This document shows positions 31,212-41,383 of a DNA stretch of 64,000 nt, one piece after another. The notes beneath the pieces were generated by a model. That model made no database searches and was not told where the DNA came from. It saw only the letters and a list, made by a program, of their open reading frames with translations. The position numbers were made by a program, and so were the translations under genes. Source of the DNA: Vicinamibacteria bacterium (lineage in GTDB: Bacteria > Acidobacteriota > Vicinamibacteria > Marinacidobacterales > Marinacidobacteraceae); contig CAXXLQ010000004.1 of the NCBI GenBank assembly GCA_963668695.2, positions 896,001 through 960,000 of the forward strand. Reading direction: 5' to 3'. Position 1 is the stretch's first letter. Each line of letters begins with the position of its first letter.

Positions 31212-31615
31212 CCTGGCTGGCGGACGGCAACGTGCTGGTGGCGCTCCTGGTGAGGACGCACATTCATCACCAGCGCGCGCATCAATGGTTCGCCGAACTC
31301 GGGGAGGATCGATTCGCCACCTGTCCCGCCACGCAAGGCACGCTGCTGCGCGTGCATATGCGCGTCTCCGTCGAGGGCACTGCGGCGGCGGCCTGGGAGG
31401 CGTTGCGCGCGGTGTCCGAGCATCCGGGTCATGAGTGGTGGGACGATCCGCTCGACTATTTGGAGGTGCCCCACCGGAACCTGCAGGGCCACCACCAGGT
31501 GACGGACGCGTGGCTCGCCGAACTGGCCCGCCGCCGCCGCGGTCGCGTGGCGACGCTCGATTCCGGCTTTGCGACCCTCCACGCGGATGTCGCGGTGTTG
31601 CTTCCCAGCGGGTGA
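31208..31615 (+). CDS. vapC: PIN-domain toxin
   Basis: WLADGNVLVAL, GHHQVTDAWLAELA, VATLD. Confidence 0.88.
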   Translation: MTWLADGNVLVALLVRTHIHHQRAHQWFAELGEDRFATCPATQGTLLRVHMRVSVEGTAAAAWEALRAVSEHPGHEWWDDPLDYLEVPHRNLQGHHQVTDAWLAELARRRRGRVATLDSGFATLHADVAVLLPSG

Positions 31616-31704
31616 AGGCGCGGGCCGGGAAAGCACGCCAACAAGAACCGTACGCCGCACCCGGACCGCCGGGGACCGGCTCCTTCGTACACTGACTTCG
31701 AGCC

Positions 31705-32202
31705 ATGCCCGGAGCGCCGACCACCACCGCGCCCGAGACCACCTTCGCCCCCGGCGCCCGGGTGCTGATCCGGGACGCCGAGTGGGTCGTCCGCAGCGTG
31801 GACCCTTCCGCCGCCGGCGGCCAGCAGCTCCTCTGTGTCGGCGTCTCGGAACTCGTCCGCGAGCGGGAAGCGATCTTCCTCACCGCGATCGAACCCCAGA
31901 TCGAGGTGCTCGACCCCGCCCGCACTGTCCTGGTTCCCGACCGCTCGCCCCGCTTCGCCGACAGCCTGCTCTTCATGGAAAGCCAGCTCCGCCAGGCAGT
32001 GCCGAGCGACGAACGGATCCACGTCGGCCACACCGCCGCCATGGATCTCGTCCCCTACCAGTTGGACCCCGCCCGCCAGGCGCTCCGCCAGCCCCGCCAG
32101 CGCATCCTGATCGCCGACGCCGTGGGACTTGGGAAGACCCTCGAAGCGGGGATCCTGGTCAGCCGAGTTCCTTCTGAGTTCCCTCTCTGCCCACATCAGT
32201 GA
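31705..32202 (+). pseudogene. SNF2/DrmD-like helicase N-terminal fragment
   Basis: PGARVLIRDAEWVV, PYQLDP, ILIADAVGLGKTLEAG, then abrupt end. Confidence 0.8.
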
Positions 32203-32626
32203 TACGTCCGCGGGCATTGCAATTGCTGAAGAGGGCGGGTAGAGAATATGGAACGTCACGATTGCCGACCGGGGTCGGCGCTCCCAGCCGTCCCCGTCGT
32301 CTGGCGTTGACGGAGCGGTGGAAGCGCGTTCGTATGACGGAGCGTTGTTGGAGCGGATTTCGCGCTCCTACGCGATGCCGATCTGAGGCGCCCCACCGGG
32401 GGAACTGACCGGCGTTCCGAGCCGGTGGCGATATCCGGGGGCAGGAAGATTGTGCATTCGCCCGCCTTGGGCGGGCGGTGCCGGTGTGAACACCGGCGGT
32501 CCCTGACTGGCAGGCCACCTTCCTTGGGTGGGCATGGCGCGGCTCTCTTCGCTGTTTCGTGAACTGCGGCCGAGGGGGCCGCACAACATTGGCGACGGTC
32601 GAGGGGCGGGACGGGCCTGCCACCGA

Positions 32627-33550
32627 CTATCCGGTGCCCGCTTCCAAGACTCGCTTCAAGCCGGCCACGGCGGCCGCGTGGCGGCTGGCGCTCATGCGGC
32701 CGAGGTTCAGGAGCTTCCACCGTACCGCCGGCAGATCCGCGATACCGGGTAATCCCAGCAGATTCCAGTGCGGCTTCCGGTTTTTCACCGAAATCAGGAA
32801 ATCGCGGTCCTGGTCGGTCAGCCCGGCGTGGATGGCGGCCACGAGTTCCTCACGGGCGCCGATCAGCCTCTCGAACGGCACGGATCGTCGGGTCATGGGC
32901 TCGAACTCGCCTTCATAGAGTTGGCGAATGTCCAGGCGGCGCGGTGCGAGAAGCTCGGCCATGGGCCGGTTGTGACTGATCAGATACACGAGAAAGGTCT
33001 TGACCAGTCGGCGACTGATCCCCTCGTTTTCCAGTAAAAGCGCAATGTCGAAGAGGTCCCGTGGATGTTGCCGGTCGAGGGCGGCGCACATCTTGCCCGC
33101 GTAGAGGTCGTCAAAGGACAGCAGCCGGTTCTCGCTGTAGCCGAGCACCTCCTCCACCGCGGCGGTCACGCGGCGCGTCTCCGGTGGCCAGACCGCACCG
33201 CGCATCACCGGAGAGGCTTCCACCTTGATGCGGTAACCAGCCAGAGTGAGCGTCAGTCGTAGGGCGTCAGGTCGATCTGGGGGTGGAAGGCCGCATTCCA
33301 GGGCCGGGATCGCCCGCTTCACCTCCTCGGCGATCCGAAGGAAACCGTTACGCGCGGCGCGCAGGGTTTCGGCCCGGGGCGACAGCGGCAGATACGCGAG
33401 ATCAATGTCCACCGAGAGACGCGGAAGGTCGCGCAGGAAGAGGTTGATCGCCGTTCCGCCCTTCAGCGCGAACTCCTCCCGACGTGCGACGAAGGGCAGC
33501 ACGCGGACGACCAGCGCCGCCTGACGGTGGAAGCGGTCGCGGTTATCCAT
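32627..33550 (-). CDS. abiEii: AbiEii nucleotidyltransferase toxin (type IV TA)
   Basis: FALKGGTAINLF...RLSVDID, KMCAALDRQHPRDLFD. Confidence 0.92.
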   Translation of the reverse strand: MDNRDRFHRQAALVVRVLPFVARREEFALKGGTAINLFLRDLPRLSVDIDLAYLPLSPRAETLRAARNGFLRIAEEVKRAIPALECGLPPPDRPDALRLTLTLAGYRIKVEASPVMRGAVWPPETRRVTAAVEEVLGYSENRLLSFDDLYAGKMCAALDRQHPRDLFDIALLLENEGISRRLVKTFLVYLISHNRPMAELLAPRRLDIRQLYEGEFEPMTRRSVPFERLIGAREELVAAIHAGLTDQDRDFLISVKNRKPHWNLLGLPGIADLPAVRWKLLNLGRMSASRHAAAVAGLKRVLEAGTG

Positions 33551-34343
33551 GCATCGCGGCGGGGACGGTGATCCCGTATCGGCTCACGAACCGGCCGCCC
33601 TTCGCCAGAACGAGCTTGCCGCGGCCGAGGTCGAAGTCGTCCGGCCGGAGCGGTCGAGCCCAGGGGTGTCCCTGCCGCTCGGCGAGCCAGAAGAAGAGGC
33701 GCCGGATCTTGACGCTGCGTGTGCGCTGCAGCAGGAGTTCGAGGCGTCGCGGCGAGAGATCCGAGAGACCTTCCAGAAAACGTTCGGCGCGCTCGAACGA
33801 CACGCTTTGAGGCACGTCCTTCAACAATTCGAACAGAGCGCGCTCGGGCGTCGAGATCCGGATGGTCCGAAACCCGTCTCCCCATGGCGCGGCGGTGATC
33901 AGGAAGAATGCGCGGGACCGCCCCTCGGCGTCGGAGTCAATCCCGGAGGCGGTGAGCCAGGCGGTGCTTCTTCGGCGGAACGTCTCCGGCAGGTCCAGCC
34001 GGTTCGCCCAAGGGGGCAGCGGATCGAGGCCGTGAAGCTGGATCGAACGTCGGCCCGAGAGGGGGAGTTCCGGTGCCCGTCCCTGCTCTTCCAGCGCGGT
34101 GGCTCCCCCCACGACCAGATCCGTCCCCATTCGCTCAAGGGAGCAGACAACGCCCTGCCAGACCAGGCGCGTCCCGGGACGCACATAGACCCCGGGGCGA
34201 ACGGACAGGAGTTGGCCGCTCTTGATCTGGTTGTCGAGCGCAGAAGTGCTCATGCCGGCCCGCAGGAGCCACCTCCGGGTAGCCACCAGACCATACGGAA
34301 CGAGGTCGAGCAACTCCGTGCGCCGCTTCACGTTGAGGGGCAT
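33543..34343 (-). CDS. abiEi: AbiEi antitoxin (type IV TA)
   Basis: GVYVRP, VGGATALE, STPERALFE, SVKIRRLF. Confidence 0.9.
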   Translation of the reverse strand: MPLNVKRRTELLDLVPYGLVATRRWLLRAGMSTSALDNQIKSGQLLSVRPGVYVRPGTRLVWQGVVCSLERMGTDLVVGGATALEEQGRAPELPLSGRRSIQLHGLDPLPPWANRLDLPETFRRRSTAWLTASGIDSDAEGRSRAFFLITAAPWGDGFRTIRISTPERALFELLKDVPQSVSFERAERFLEGLSDLSPRRLELLLQRTRSVKIRRLFFWLAERQGHPWARPLRPDDFDLGRGKLVLAKGGRFVSRYGITVPAAMHG

Positions 34344-34425
34344 TGGTTTGATTATATTTGTTTATGCAGCGGTCATCGCCGCGTATCCATGTATTATTCA
34401 ACCCACAGGTCAACGCGCTACCGAG

Positions 34426-34788
34426 ATGCATCAGGACAGAACCAACGACATCGCTTCTCGTCTTCTTGAGGCCGTGACACAGGCGGCGGAGAGAGATCGG
34501 GTGGGCCTCTCGGCCGGTGCCTTCAGCAAGACGATGGACTTTCTAACGTCCCTTCCCGCCGAACTACCACGGCCAATCGTCGTCGTCGAATCGGAGGACG
34601 AGATCGGGTTGGATTGGGACGAAGGCGCGGAAAGCGTCGTGAGCCTGACGATCGACGACTCGGACCGGATCGGCTTTGCGGCGCTGTTCGGGCGGGAGCC
34701 TCTCTACGGACGTGCCGAATTCAGTGATGGACTCCCAGAAACGGTCCGTTACCTTCTGGCGCGCCTTTATCCGTCAACACGGCTCTGA
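34426..34788 (+). CDS. hypothetical protein
   Basis: Protein-like ORF (FLTSLPAELPRP...EIGLDW). Confidence 0.55.
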   Translation: MHQDRTNDIASRLLEAVTQAAERDRVGLSAGAFSKTMDFLTSLPAELPRPIVVVESEDEIGLDWDEGAESVVSLTIDDSDRIGFAALFGREPLYGRAEFSDGLPETVRYLLARLYPSTRL

Positions 34789-34915
34789 GGACGATTTCGC
34801 CCGCCTGCGTCGGGCGGTGCCTGTGTGAACACCGGCGTTCCCGGGCTGGTGAGGCCAGGCGGGCGCGGGTAGTAGAGTGGGATATCGGCCGGGTCGGGTC
34901 CGGCCGATGTGCGAC

Positions 34916-35170
34916 ATGACCACTGTCACCATAACCGTGCCGGAGGATCTGGCGAGCGACTTCAGGGACGCCGGTCTCCTCGCTCCAGAGGCCGCTGAGG
35001 CGATTGAGGCCATCTTGCGGGACAGCCTGCGGCGCTACATGGTCGGAGACGTGATCCGCACTGCCGACCGACTGCTCATTCCCAAGGGACCGCCGCCGAC
35101 GCTGGAAGAGATCCAGGAGGAAGTGAAGGCCGTCCGCGCGGAGATGCGCCAGCGTACGGCTGGTTCTTGA
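34916..35170 (+). CDS. putative antitoxin
   Basis: MTTVTITVPEDLA...AGLL...TLEEIQEEVKAVR; overlaps a PIN fragment. Confidence 0.7.
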   Translation: MTTVTITVPEDLASDFRDAGLLAPEAAEAIEAILRDSLRRYMVGDVIRTADRLLIPKGPPPTLEEIQEEVKAVRAEMRQRTAGS

Positions 35171-35310
35171 CACGAACGTCGTCGTCTCGGCGCTGATCGC
35201 TCGCGGCGTCCCGCGGGAACTGTTCTTGCTCGGCGAGAACAAGGAAGTGCATCTCTTCAGCAGCGAACGGCTTCTTCTTGAAGTCGCGGGAGTGCTGCGG
35301 CGCGAGAACG
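35154..35310 (+). pseudogene. truncated PIN-domain toxin
   Basis: VRLVLDTNVVVSALI...SERLLLEVAGVLRR; first codon GTA; PIN similarity lost after about 50 codons. Confidence 0.7.
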
Positions 35311-35523
35311 CAGGTCAGGCAGGCACCAGTGACATCCGGCGGTGTCCCGTTTCCCGATGCGCTTGGCCTCCGCTACCGCATCCGCGAGCTTGAACGGACC
35401 GAGCCAGCGATTGTCAGGGAGCCGCGATTTCTTCACGCCCCTCCCGTGGTTGCAGTAGGGGCAGAAGCCTTGGTGGATACGTGCCCAATTGGTCGGGTCG
35501 TCCACGTACAACCAGTAGTCCAT
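35257..35523 (-). CDS. small His/Cys-rich hypothetical protein
   Basis: RIHQGFCPYCNHG...WLGPF...CHWC. Confidence 0.5.
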   Translation of the reverse strand: MDYWLYVDDPTNWARIHQGFCPYCNHGRGVKKSRLPDNRWLGPFKLADAVAEAKRIGKRDTAGCHWCLPDLRSRAAALPRLQEEAVRC

Positions 35524-35539
35524 CGCCGGACCAACCACG

Positions 35540-36010
35540 CTAGCACCCCCGGAACGCCGCTTCCACCTGGGGGATATCGATCTTGTTCATCCCCATCATC
35601 GCCTGAAAGGCGCGCCCGGCGGCGGCCTGGTCGTCGGACATCAGACTGTCGATCAGCGCGCGCGGCACGATCTGCCAGGAGACCCCCCAGCGGTCCGTGA
35701 GCCACGAACACCGGCCCTCTTTCCCGCCGCCTCTGATCAGTGCGCTCCAGAGCCGGTCGGTCTCCGCCTGATCCTCGGTAACCACCGATATCGAGACTGC
35801 CGGCGACTGGGAGACCTCCGGGCCGCCGTTGAGGATCTGGTAGGGCGCGCCGCCGAGGGTGAAGTCCAGGACGAGCGCGGGCCCGTCCGGATCGGGCCGG
35901 TAGCTGGACTCGATGTGACTATCGGGGAGCAGGGTGACGTAGAACCGGGCGGCTTCCTCGCCGCCTTTTTCGAACCAGAGACAGGTGCGGACTTTGTTTT
36001 CGGCGTTCAT
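35540..36010 (-). CDS. VOC/PhnB-like (3-demethylubiquinone methyltransferase-like) protein
   Basis: KVRTCLWF, LNGGP, WLTDRWGVSWQIVP, MMGMNKIDI. Confidence 0.88.
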   Translation of the reverse strand: MNAENKVRTCLWFEKGGEEAARFYVTLLPDSHIESSYRPDPDGPALVLDFTLGGAPYQILNGGPEVSQSPAVSISVVTEDQAETDRLWSALIRGGGKEGRCSWLTDRWGVSWQIVPRALIDSLMSDDQAAAGRAFQAMMGMNKIDIPQVEAAFRGC

Positions 36011-36127
36011 GAGGGGGGTCGGAGGGTTGAGAGGTGGAGAGTGAATTGGGGCGGCGGATCGTAGTGCGGTCGTGTCGTTCCGACAGGCTCTTTCGGACAG
36101 CACCATCCAGGCAAACAGTTCTTCGCG

Positions 36128-36680
36128 GTTCCGCCCGCCTCCGGCGGGCGGTGCCGACCCCCACTGGGAGAACTGGCCAGAGGTCGGCGGTCCAGGCCGT
36201 CCCCGCGCTTTTTTCGCGGCTGGCGGTGCGCGGTTTCGACCGCCTCTCGGCGGTCGATGCCGGTCGGAGACCGGCGCTCCGCTGTCGCGCGCGCTCCACG
36301 CGGTTCGGGGGTACGCGGTTCCCGGGCCTGCGCGCCACCCTGTCCTCCGGGGTACGCGCCGAGAAAGGAGCCATCCCGACGGTCAGGGTCCACGCCGCCG
36401 CGGCCCTGCGGGCCGCTGTGCCGGGCCACCGGGAGAACTGCCCGGAGGTCGGCGTTCCAAGCCGTCCCCGCGCTTTTGCTCAGTCGGCGGTACGCGGTTT
36501 CGACCGCCTCTCGGCGGTCGATGCCGGTCGGAGACCGGCGCTCCGCTGTCGCGCGCGCTCCACGCGGTTCGGGGGTACGCGGGGTTTCAAGCCGTCCCCG
36601 CGATTCTTCTCGCTCGGCGGTACGCCCTCCGCGGCGCTACGCGCCGCGGTGCCGGTGTGAACACCGGCGGCCGATTTGAA
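36128..36680. repeat. REP-like cluster with an internal ~130-bp direct duplication
   Basis: GCCGGTCGGAGACCGGCGCTCC twice; 36196-36318 resembles 36461-36580; two micro-elements. Confidence 0.82.
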
Positions 36681-36754
36681 GGCCGACCTTCCCTGTCTCC
36701 GGGGCCGCGATGCCAGTCCGGAAACCGACGTTTCTGCTCCGTACCCTCTGCTAG

Positions 36755-36952
36755 CAGCCTGTGGTGAAACCCACGTGAGCGCCGAGGCTGGCCAGTTCTC
36801 CCGGTGGGGGCGAGGCGCCCGGCTGACAAGGCGCGTGAGGGAGGAATACCTGGTGTATTTCGACCGAAACGCAACGCAGAACGGAGCGAAGCGGAGTGGT
36901 TCAGCCGGGATGGATCGCCGGTCGAACGCCGCGTGGGTTTTGCCACAGGCTG
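36755..36952. mobile_element. MITE copy E (198 bp)
   Basis: Perfect CTAG duplication; TIR CAGCCTGTGG / CCACAGGCTG. Confidence 0.92.
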
Positions 36953-37021
36953 CTAGAGTCGCCGCCCCAAGGCTCGGACCTCTGGCGCAGCGCGTAGCCG
37001 ACACCGTGCCGGCGCCCCTGC

Positions 37022-37960
37022 TTGTCTCTCCTCGCCTGCGTTTTCGCCGCCCTCGGGTTCGTCGGACTGACCTTCGGCGCGAACTGGCTCGTGGACGGGG
37101 CTTCGGGCCTCGCGCGCCGGTTCCGCATCAGCCCCCTGGTGATCGGGCTCACCGTCGTCGCCTACGGAACCTCGGCGCCCGAAATCGGCGCCAGCCTGGT
37201 GGCTGTGCTCCGGGGTAGTCCGGGACTCGCGGTCGGGAACGTCATCGGAAGCAACGCGGCCAATCTCGGACTCATCCTCGGGATTACGGCGGTTCTGACT
37301 CCCTTTGCGGTGCCGCGGGGGGTGCTGCGCCGGGAGTTCTGGTTCATGCTCGCCGCCACCTGCCTCCTGTGGCCGCTCGCGCTCCACGGGGTGGTTTCCC
37401 GGCCGGTCGGATTTGTGCTCGTCGCGCTGCTCGCGCTGTTCAACATCCTTTCCATCCGCTGGAGCCGGCACGAGGCGGAGGCGGGCACCGGCGCGGACGA
37501 GCGCGACGGCGCGCCTCCCCTTAGTCGGAGCCTGGCGGGAACGGTCGCCGGACTCGTCACGCTCCTCGTGGGCGCCGAACTTCTGGTGCGGGGCGCCACC
37601 GATATCGCCCTCGCGCTCGGAGCCTCCGAGATCACCATCGGCTTCACGCTGGTGGCGGTGGGAACCTCGCTGCCCGAACTGGCGACGTGTGTGGCTGCCG
37701 CCCGGCGCGGGCAGATCCAGATCGTCGCCGGCAACGTGATCGGAAGCAACCTCTTCAACGTGTTGGGTGCGCTCGGGGTTTCGGCGTGCTTCGTGCCGGT
37801 CGCGATCGAATCGCGCCTCGCGACCGCCGAAGTGCCGGGGGTGGTGCTGCTCACCCTGCTGGCCGGGTTTTTCATGCTGACCGGCCGGCGCCTGGCCCGG
37901 ATCGAGGGCGCGATCCTGCTCGCCGGCTACGCCGGTTATCTGGCCTTCGTCGTGCTCTGA
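37022..37960 (+). CDS. calcium/sodium antiporter (YrbG-like)
   Basis: GTSAPE and GTSLPE alpha repeats; GNVIGSN twice. Confidence 0.9.
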   Translation: MSLLACVFAALGFVGLTFGANWLVDGASGLARRFRISPLVIGLTVVAYGTSAPEIGASLVAVLRGSPGLAVGNVIGSNAANLGLILGITAVLTPFAVPRGVLRREFWFMLAATCLLWPLALHGVVSRPVGFVLVALLALFNILSIRWSRHEAEAGTGADERDGAPPLSRSLAGTVAGLVTLLVGAELLVRGATDIALALGASEITIGFTLVAVGTSLPELATCVAAARRGQIQIVAGNVIGSNLFNVLGALGVSACFVPVAIESRLATAEVPGVVLLTLLAGFFMLTGRRLARIEGAILLAGYAGYLAFVVL

Positions 37961-37964
37961 ACCC

Positions 37965-38975
37965 ATGTCCCAAGGTTCCACTCCCCGCCCGCAGCCGGTA
38001 GTGGCGTTTTGTGAACGCCCCCCCGACGGAGTGCGCCAGATCGCGACCCAGGCGCTCTCGGGGTTCGCGCTCAGGATTCCCGAAGACGACGCGCGCCCTG
38101 CGATCGAAGCGGCCATTCGGGACAGCGATGTCCTGATCGCCAGGAAACGGCCCCTCGGAGCCCGGGAACTGGACTGTGCGAAACCATCGCTCTTGGTCGC
38201 ACTCGGAAGAAATCCGATTCCGGTGAGCCTGCGGGCGGCCCGGAGCCGGGGGATTCCGGTGCTTCCGATTCCCCATCCCGGCGCGATCGCGGTCGCCGAC
38301 CACGCGCTTGGGCTGCTCCTGGCGGTGGCCCGGCGCATCGTGGAAGGCGACCACGGGGTCCGGGCCGGCGCCTACCGGGAAAGGGGTCTCGAACCGCAGG
38401 TCACCACCGAACGCCTCTTCGCCTTCAACTGGCTGGGCCGGAAGGACGCCTTCATCCTCGACGGCCTCCAGTTGGGGCTCGTCGGGTTCGGCGCCATCGG
38501 CCAGGAGGTCGCCCGCCGCGCCGCCGGTTTCGGGATGCGGATCCGGTACTTCCAGCGGCATCCGCTGCCCGCCGCCTGGAACCGCCGGCTCGGTGCGGAA
38601 CCCGCGGCATCGCTCGAAGACCTGCTCACGCACGCCGATGTCCTGAGCCTCCACATTCCCCACACCCCCGAAACCGAAAACCTGCTGGACGGTCCGACGC
38701 TCGACCGGATGAAGCCGGGAGCGATCCTCGTGAATACCGCCCGCGGCGGGCTGGTGGACGAAGCCGCGCTGGCGGAGCGGCTCCGGGACGGGAGGCTCGG
38801 CGGCGCCGGGCTCGACGTGTTCCGGGAGGAACCCCTGCCCGCCGGCCATCCGTTCGTGGACGCCCCGCGCCTGGTGCTCGCCCCGCACACCGGGGGGGCC
38901 GGCGCGGGCGGCCAGCGGGAGCTCTTCGTCCGCGTCGCCGCCGCGATCCGCAACCATGCCGCCCGAGCGGCCTGA
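37965..38975 (+). CDS. D-isomer 2-hydroxyacid dehydrogenase
   Basis: GLVGFGAIG, NTARGGLVDE, LDVFREEP, PHTG. Confidence 0.9.
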   Translation: MSQGSTPRPQPVVAFCERPPDGVRQIATQALSGFALRIPEDDARPAIEAAIRDSDVLIARKRPLGARELDCAKPSLLVALGRNPIPVSLRAARSRGIPVLPIPHPGAIAVADHALGLLLAVARRIVEGDHGVRAGAYRERGLEPQVTTERLFAFNWLGRKDAFILDGLQLGLVGFGAIGQEVARRAAGFGMRIRYFQRHPLPAAWNRRLGAEPAASLEDLLTHADVLSLHIPHTPETENLLDGPTLDRMKPGAILVNTARGGLVDEAALAERLRDGRLGGAGLDVFREEPLPAGHPFVDAPRLVLAPHTGGAGAGGQRELFVRVAAAIRNHAARAA

Positions 38976-39000
38976 AAACAGGAAGGAAAGCAATCCCAAC

Positions 39001-40041
39001 ATGACGAAACAAGATCAGGACGTCTCGGTCGGCCCGGTTCGCTGTATCCCCGGCGGCTGCGCTACCGGCTTCGTTCCGGCCGTCCACCGGGTGGACGGGA
39101 CTCCTCTCGGGTTTCCGGTGCTGATCGCGAACGGCGTCCGACCCGGGCCGGTGCTGCTGATTGACGGCGGCATCCACGGTGACGAACAGGAGGGGACGCT
39201 CGCGGTCGCCGAGTTCGTCCGGGAGCTGGACCCGAACGCCCTCACCGGCGCGGTGGTCGCGGTTCCGCTGATGAACGTGGGGGCGTTCGAGGCCATGGCC
39301 CGCGGCAACCCCCGCGACACGCATTCCCACGACATGAACCGGATCTACCCGGGAAACGCGACGGGATACCTCACCGACCGGATCGCCGCGACCCATGCCG
39401 AAACCGCGGCTGCCGTCGCCGACATCGAGATCACCTTTCATTCCGGCGGCACCATTTGCTACCTCGGCGAAACGATCTTCACCACCTCGGAAGACCCGCT
39501 GGGGCTGGAACTCGCTCAGGCGATGGGGCCGGACTGGACCATCGTGCTGGATACGCCGCACCCGGCCGGTTCCCCGATGGCGGCGATGACGCTCGCGGGC
39601 AAACCCGCGATCACGGTGGAGCTCGGCGGCGGCGCCGGAACCATGCCAAACCAGTTCCGCGCCAACGTGGACATCCTGAAACGCGCCATCGGCAACGTCT
39701 GCCGCCACTACGGCATGCTGGAAGGCGAAGCCCGCTACGCGCCGCGCCTCTGGCGGGGTCGTCAGAGCGTGGTACGGGCGAGTGCGAGCGGGATCCTCAG
39801 CCCGGCGGCCGGGCAGGCGGGGGACCACCTGAAGCAACCCATCCGCGCCGGGCAGCCGCTGCTCCGCATCCATGACCTGCTCGGCAACCCGGTCGAGGAT
39901 CTGAACGCGCCCTGCGACGGCGTGCTGTTCGGTTTCCGCACCCATCCTTCGACAACGGCCGGTGACTGGGCCCTCTTCTGCGGCGACGCGGAATTCGTGG
40001 AGGTCGCCCCCCCCCCAACAGCGGAAGCCAAAGCCGCGTGA
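39001..40041 (+). CDS. succinylglutamate desuccinylase/aspartoacylase family (M14)
   Basis: GIHGDE, DMNRIYPG, FHSG, ITVELG. Confidence 0.88.
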   Translation: MTKQDQDVSVGPVRCIPGGCATGFVPAVHRVDGTPLGFPVLIANGVRPGPVLLIDGGIHGDEQEGTLAVAEFVRELDPNALTGAVVAVPLMNVGAFEAMARGNPRDTHSHDMNRIYPGNATGYLTDRIAATHAETAAAVADIEITFHSGGTICYLGETIFTTSEDPLGLELAQAMGPDWTIVLDTPHPAGSPMAAMTLAGKPAITVELGGGAGTMPNQFRANVDILKRAIGNVCRHYGMLEGEARYAPRLWRGRQSVVRASASGILSPAAGQAGDHLKQPIRAGQPLLRIHDLLGNPVEDLNAPCDGVLFGFRTHPSTTAGDWALFCGDAEFVEVAPPPTAEAKAA

Positions 40042-40056
40042 GGCGGGGAGCATTCC

Positions 40057-41211
40057 GTGATCGCTCAGCCGCTCCTGCTGCTCGCCTTCCTGCTGCTGAT
40101 CATTGCCGCGGCCCGGCAGGCGGAGGAGCGCTATTCCGCGATCCAGAAGATCAGCTCCGCGGTCGTCTGCACCCTGCTCGGCATCCTGCTCGCCAATATC
40201 GGGCTCATTCCGCGCGGCGGCGAGTTCATGAGTTCGATCTCGCGCTACGCGATCCCCTACGCGATCGTGCTGTTCGTGCTCTCGACCCGGCTCGCCGACC
40301 TGAAAAGCGCGGGTCCCCGGATGATGGTGTGTTTCGGACTCGCGGGGTTCGGCACTTTCGTGGGGGCCTTCGTCTCCAGCCTGCTCTTCGCCGGGCTGCT
40401 GGGGCCGGAAACCTGGAAGCTCGGAGGAACATTCGCCGGAGCGTTCTGGGGCGGGGGGCTCAACTTCGCCGCGGTGGGCCAGGGGCTCGAGATGACCCCC
40501 AGCCTCTTCGCGGGGGCCTTCGTGGTGGACAACCTTTCGACGGTGCCCTGGATGCTCGGTCAGGTCGCGCTCGCTTCGGCGCTCGCCGGGGTTTTCCTCC
40601 GGCGGGCACTGCCGGATCCGGCCGACGCCGCGGGCGACGACTCCGAGGTGGACACCGACGCGCTCCGCCGCACCTGGACCGAGGGCTCGATTTCGATCAC
40701 CCATCTGGCGATCCTCGGGGCGATCCCGTTGCTCGCCCTGGTGGCCGCGGGCCTCTTCGCCCAGATCCTCCCCGGCGTGCCCGAGGTCCTGTGGTTGACC
40801 ACCATCGCGCTGATCCTGGGACAGGTGCCGGCGATCCAGCGGCTCCGGGGCCCCCCGATGCTCTCCTACTTCGCCCTCCACCTCTTCTTCATCGTCATCG
40901 GCGCCGGCTCCGACGTGCGCGAGGTGGTGGCGGCGGGACCCTGGCTCTTCTTCTACATGATCCTGATCATCCTGATCCACGCGGCGGTCGTGTACGGGAT
41001 CGGGTGGCTCGCGCGCTTCGATCTGGCGACCGTGACGCTGGCCAGCCAGGCCGCCGTGGGCGGGCCCGGATCGGCGCTCGCGCTCGGGATGGCGCTCAAG
41101 TGGAAACATCGGATCGCCCCTGCGGTGATCGTGGGAATCTTTGGTTACGGGTTTGGCAACTACCTGGGTTTTGCCACCGCGTGGCTCCTGCGGGGGGTGC
41201 TGCCTTCGTGA
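40057..41211 (+). CDS. DUF819 family membrane protein
   Basis: Multi-pass hydrophobic; FWGGGLNF, ASQAAVGGP, GNYLG. Confidence 0.8.
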   Translation: MIAQPLLLLAFLLLIIAAARQAEERYSAIQKISSAVVCTLLGILLANIGLIPRGGEFMSSISRYAIPYAIVLFVLSTRLADLKSAGPRMMVCFGLAGFGTFVGAFVSSLLFAGLLGPETWKLGGTFAGAFWGGGLNFAAVGQGLEMTPSLFAGAFVVDNLSTVPWMLGQVALASALAGVFLRRALPDPADAAGDDSEVDTDALRRTWTEGSISITHLAILGAIPLLALVAAGLFAQILPGVPEVLWLTTIALILGQVPAIQRLRGPPMLSYFALHLFFIVIGAGSDVREVVAAGPWLFFYMILIILIHAAVVYGIGWLARFDLATVTLASQAAVGGPGSALALGMALKWKHRIAPAVIVGIFGYGFGNYLGFATAWLLRGVLPS

Positions 41212-41377
41212 GCGCCAGTGCAGAGTTCTACGTTCGGCACTACGTAGGGCGACAGCGCTTCACCGCCTCGGTGGCCTGCGGCCACCGGTGCCGGTCTGAA
41301 GGCCCCCACCGGGAGAACTGGCGGCGTTCCCTTCACCTGGGTTTTGCCACCGCGTGGCTCCTGCGGGGGGTGCTGCC
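41162..41377 (+). repeat. 43-bp direct repeat flanking a 130-bp insert
   Basis: ACCTGGGTTTTGCCACCGCGTGGCTCCTGCGGGGGGTGCTGCC at 41162-41204 and 41335-41377. Confidence 0.9.
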
Positions 41378-41383
41378 CGCCTG

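Noticed and set aside
20608-41109. Long antisense or overlapping ORFs (e.g. 20608-22746, 24013-26331, 38626-41109)
   Set aside because: Shadow ORFs of real genes in high-GC DNA, with no recognisable motifs
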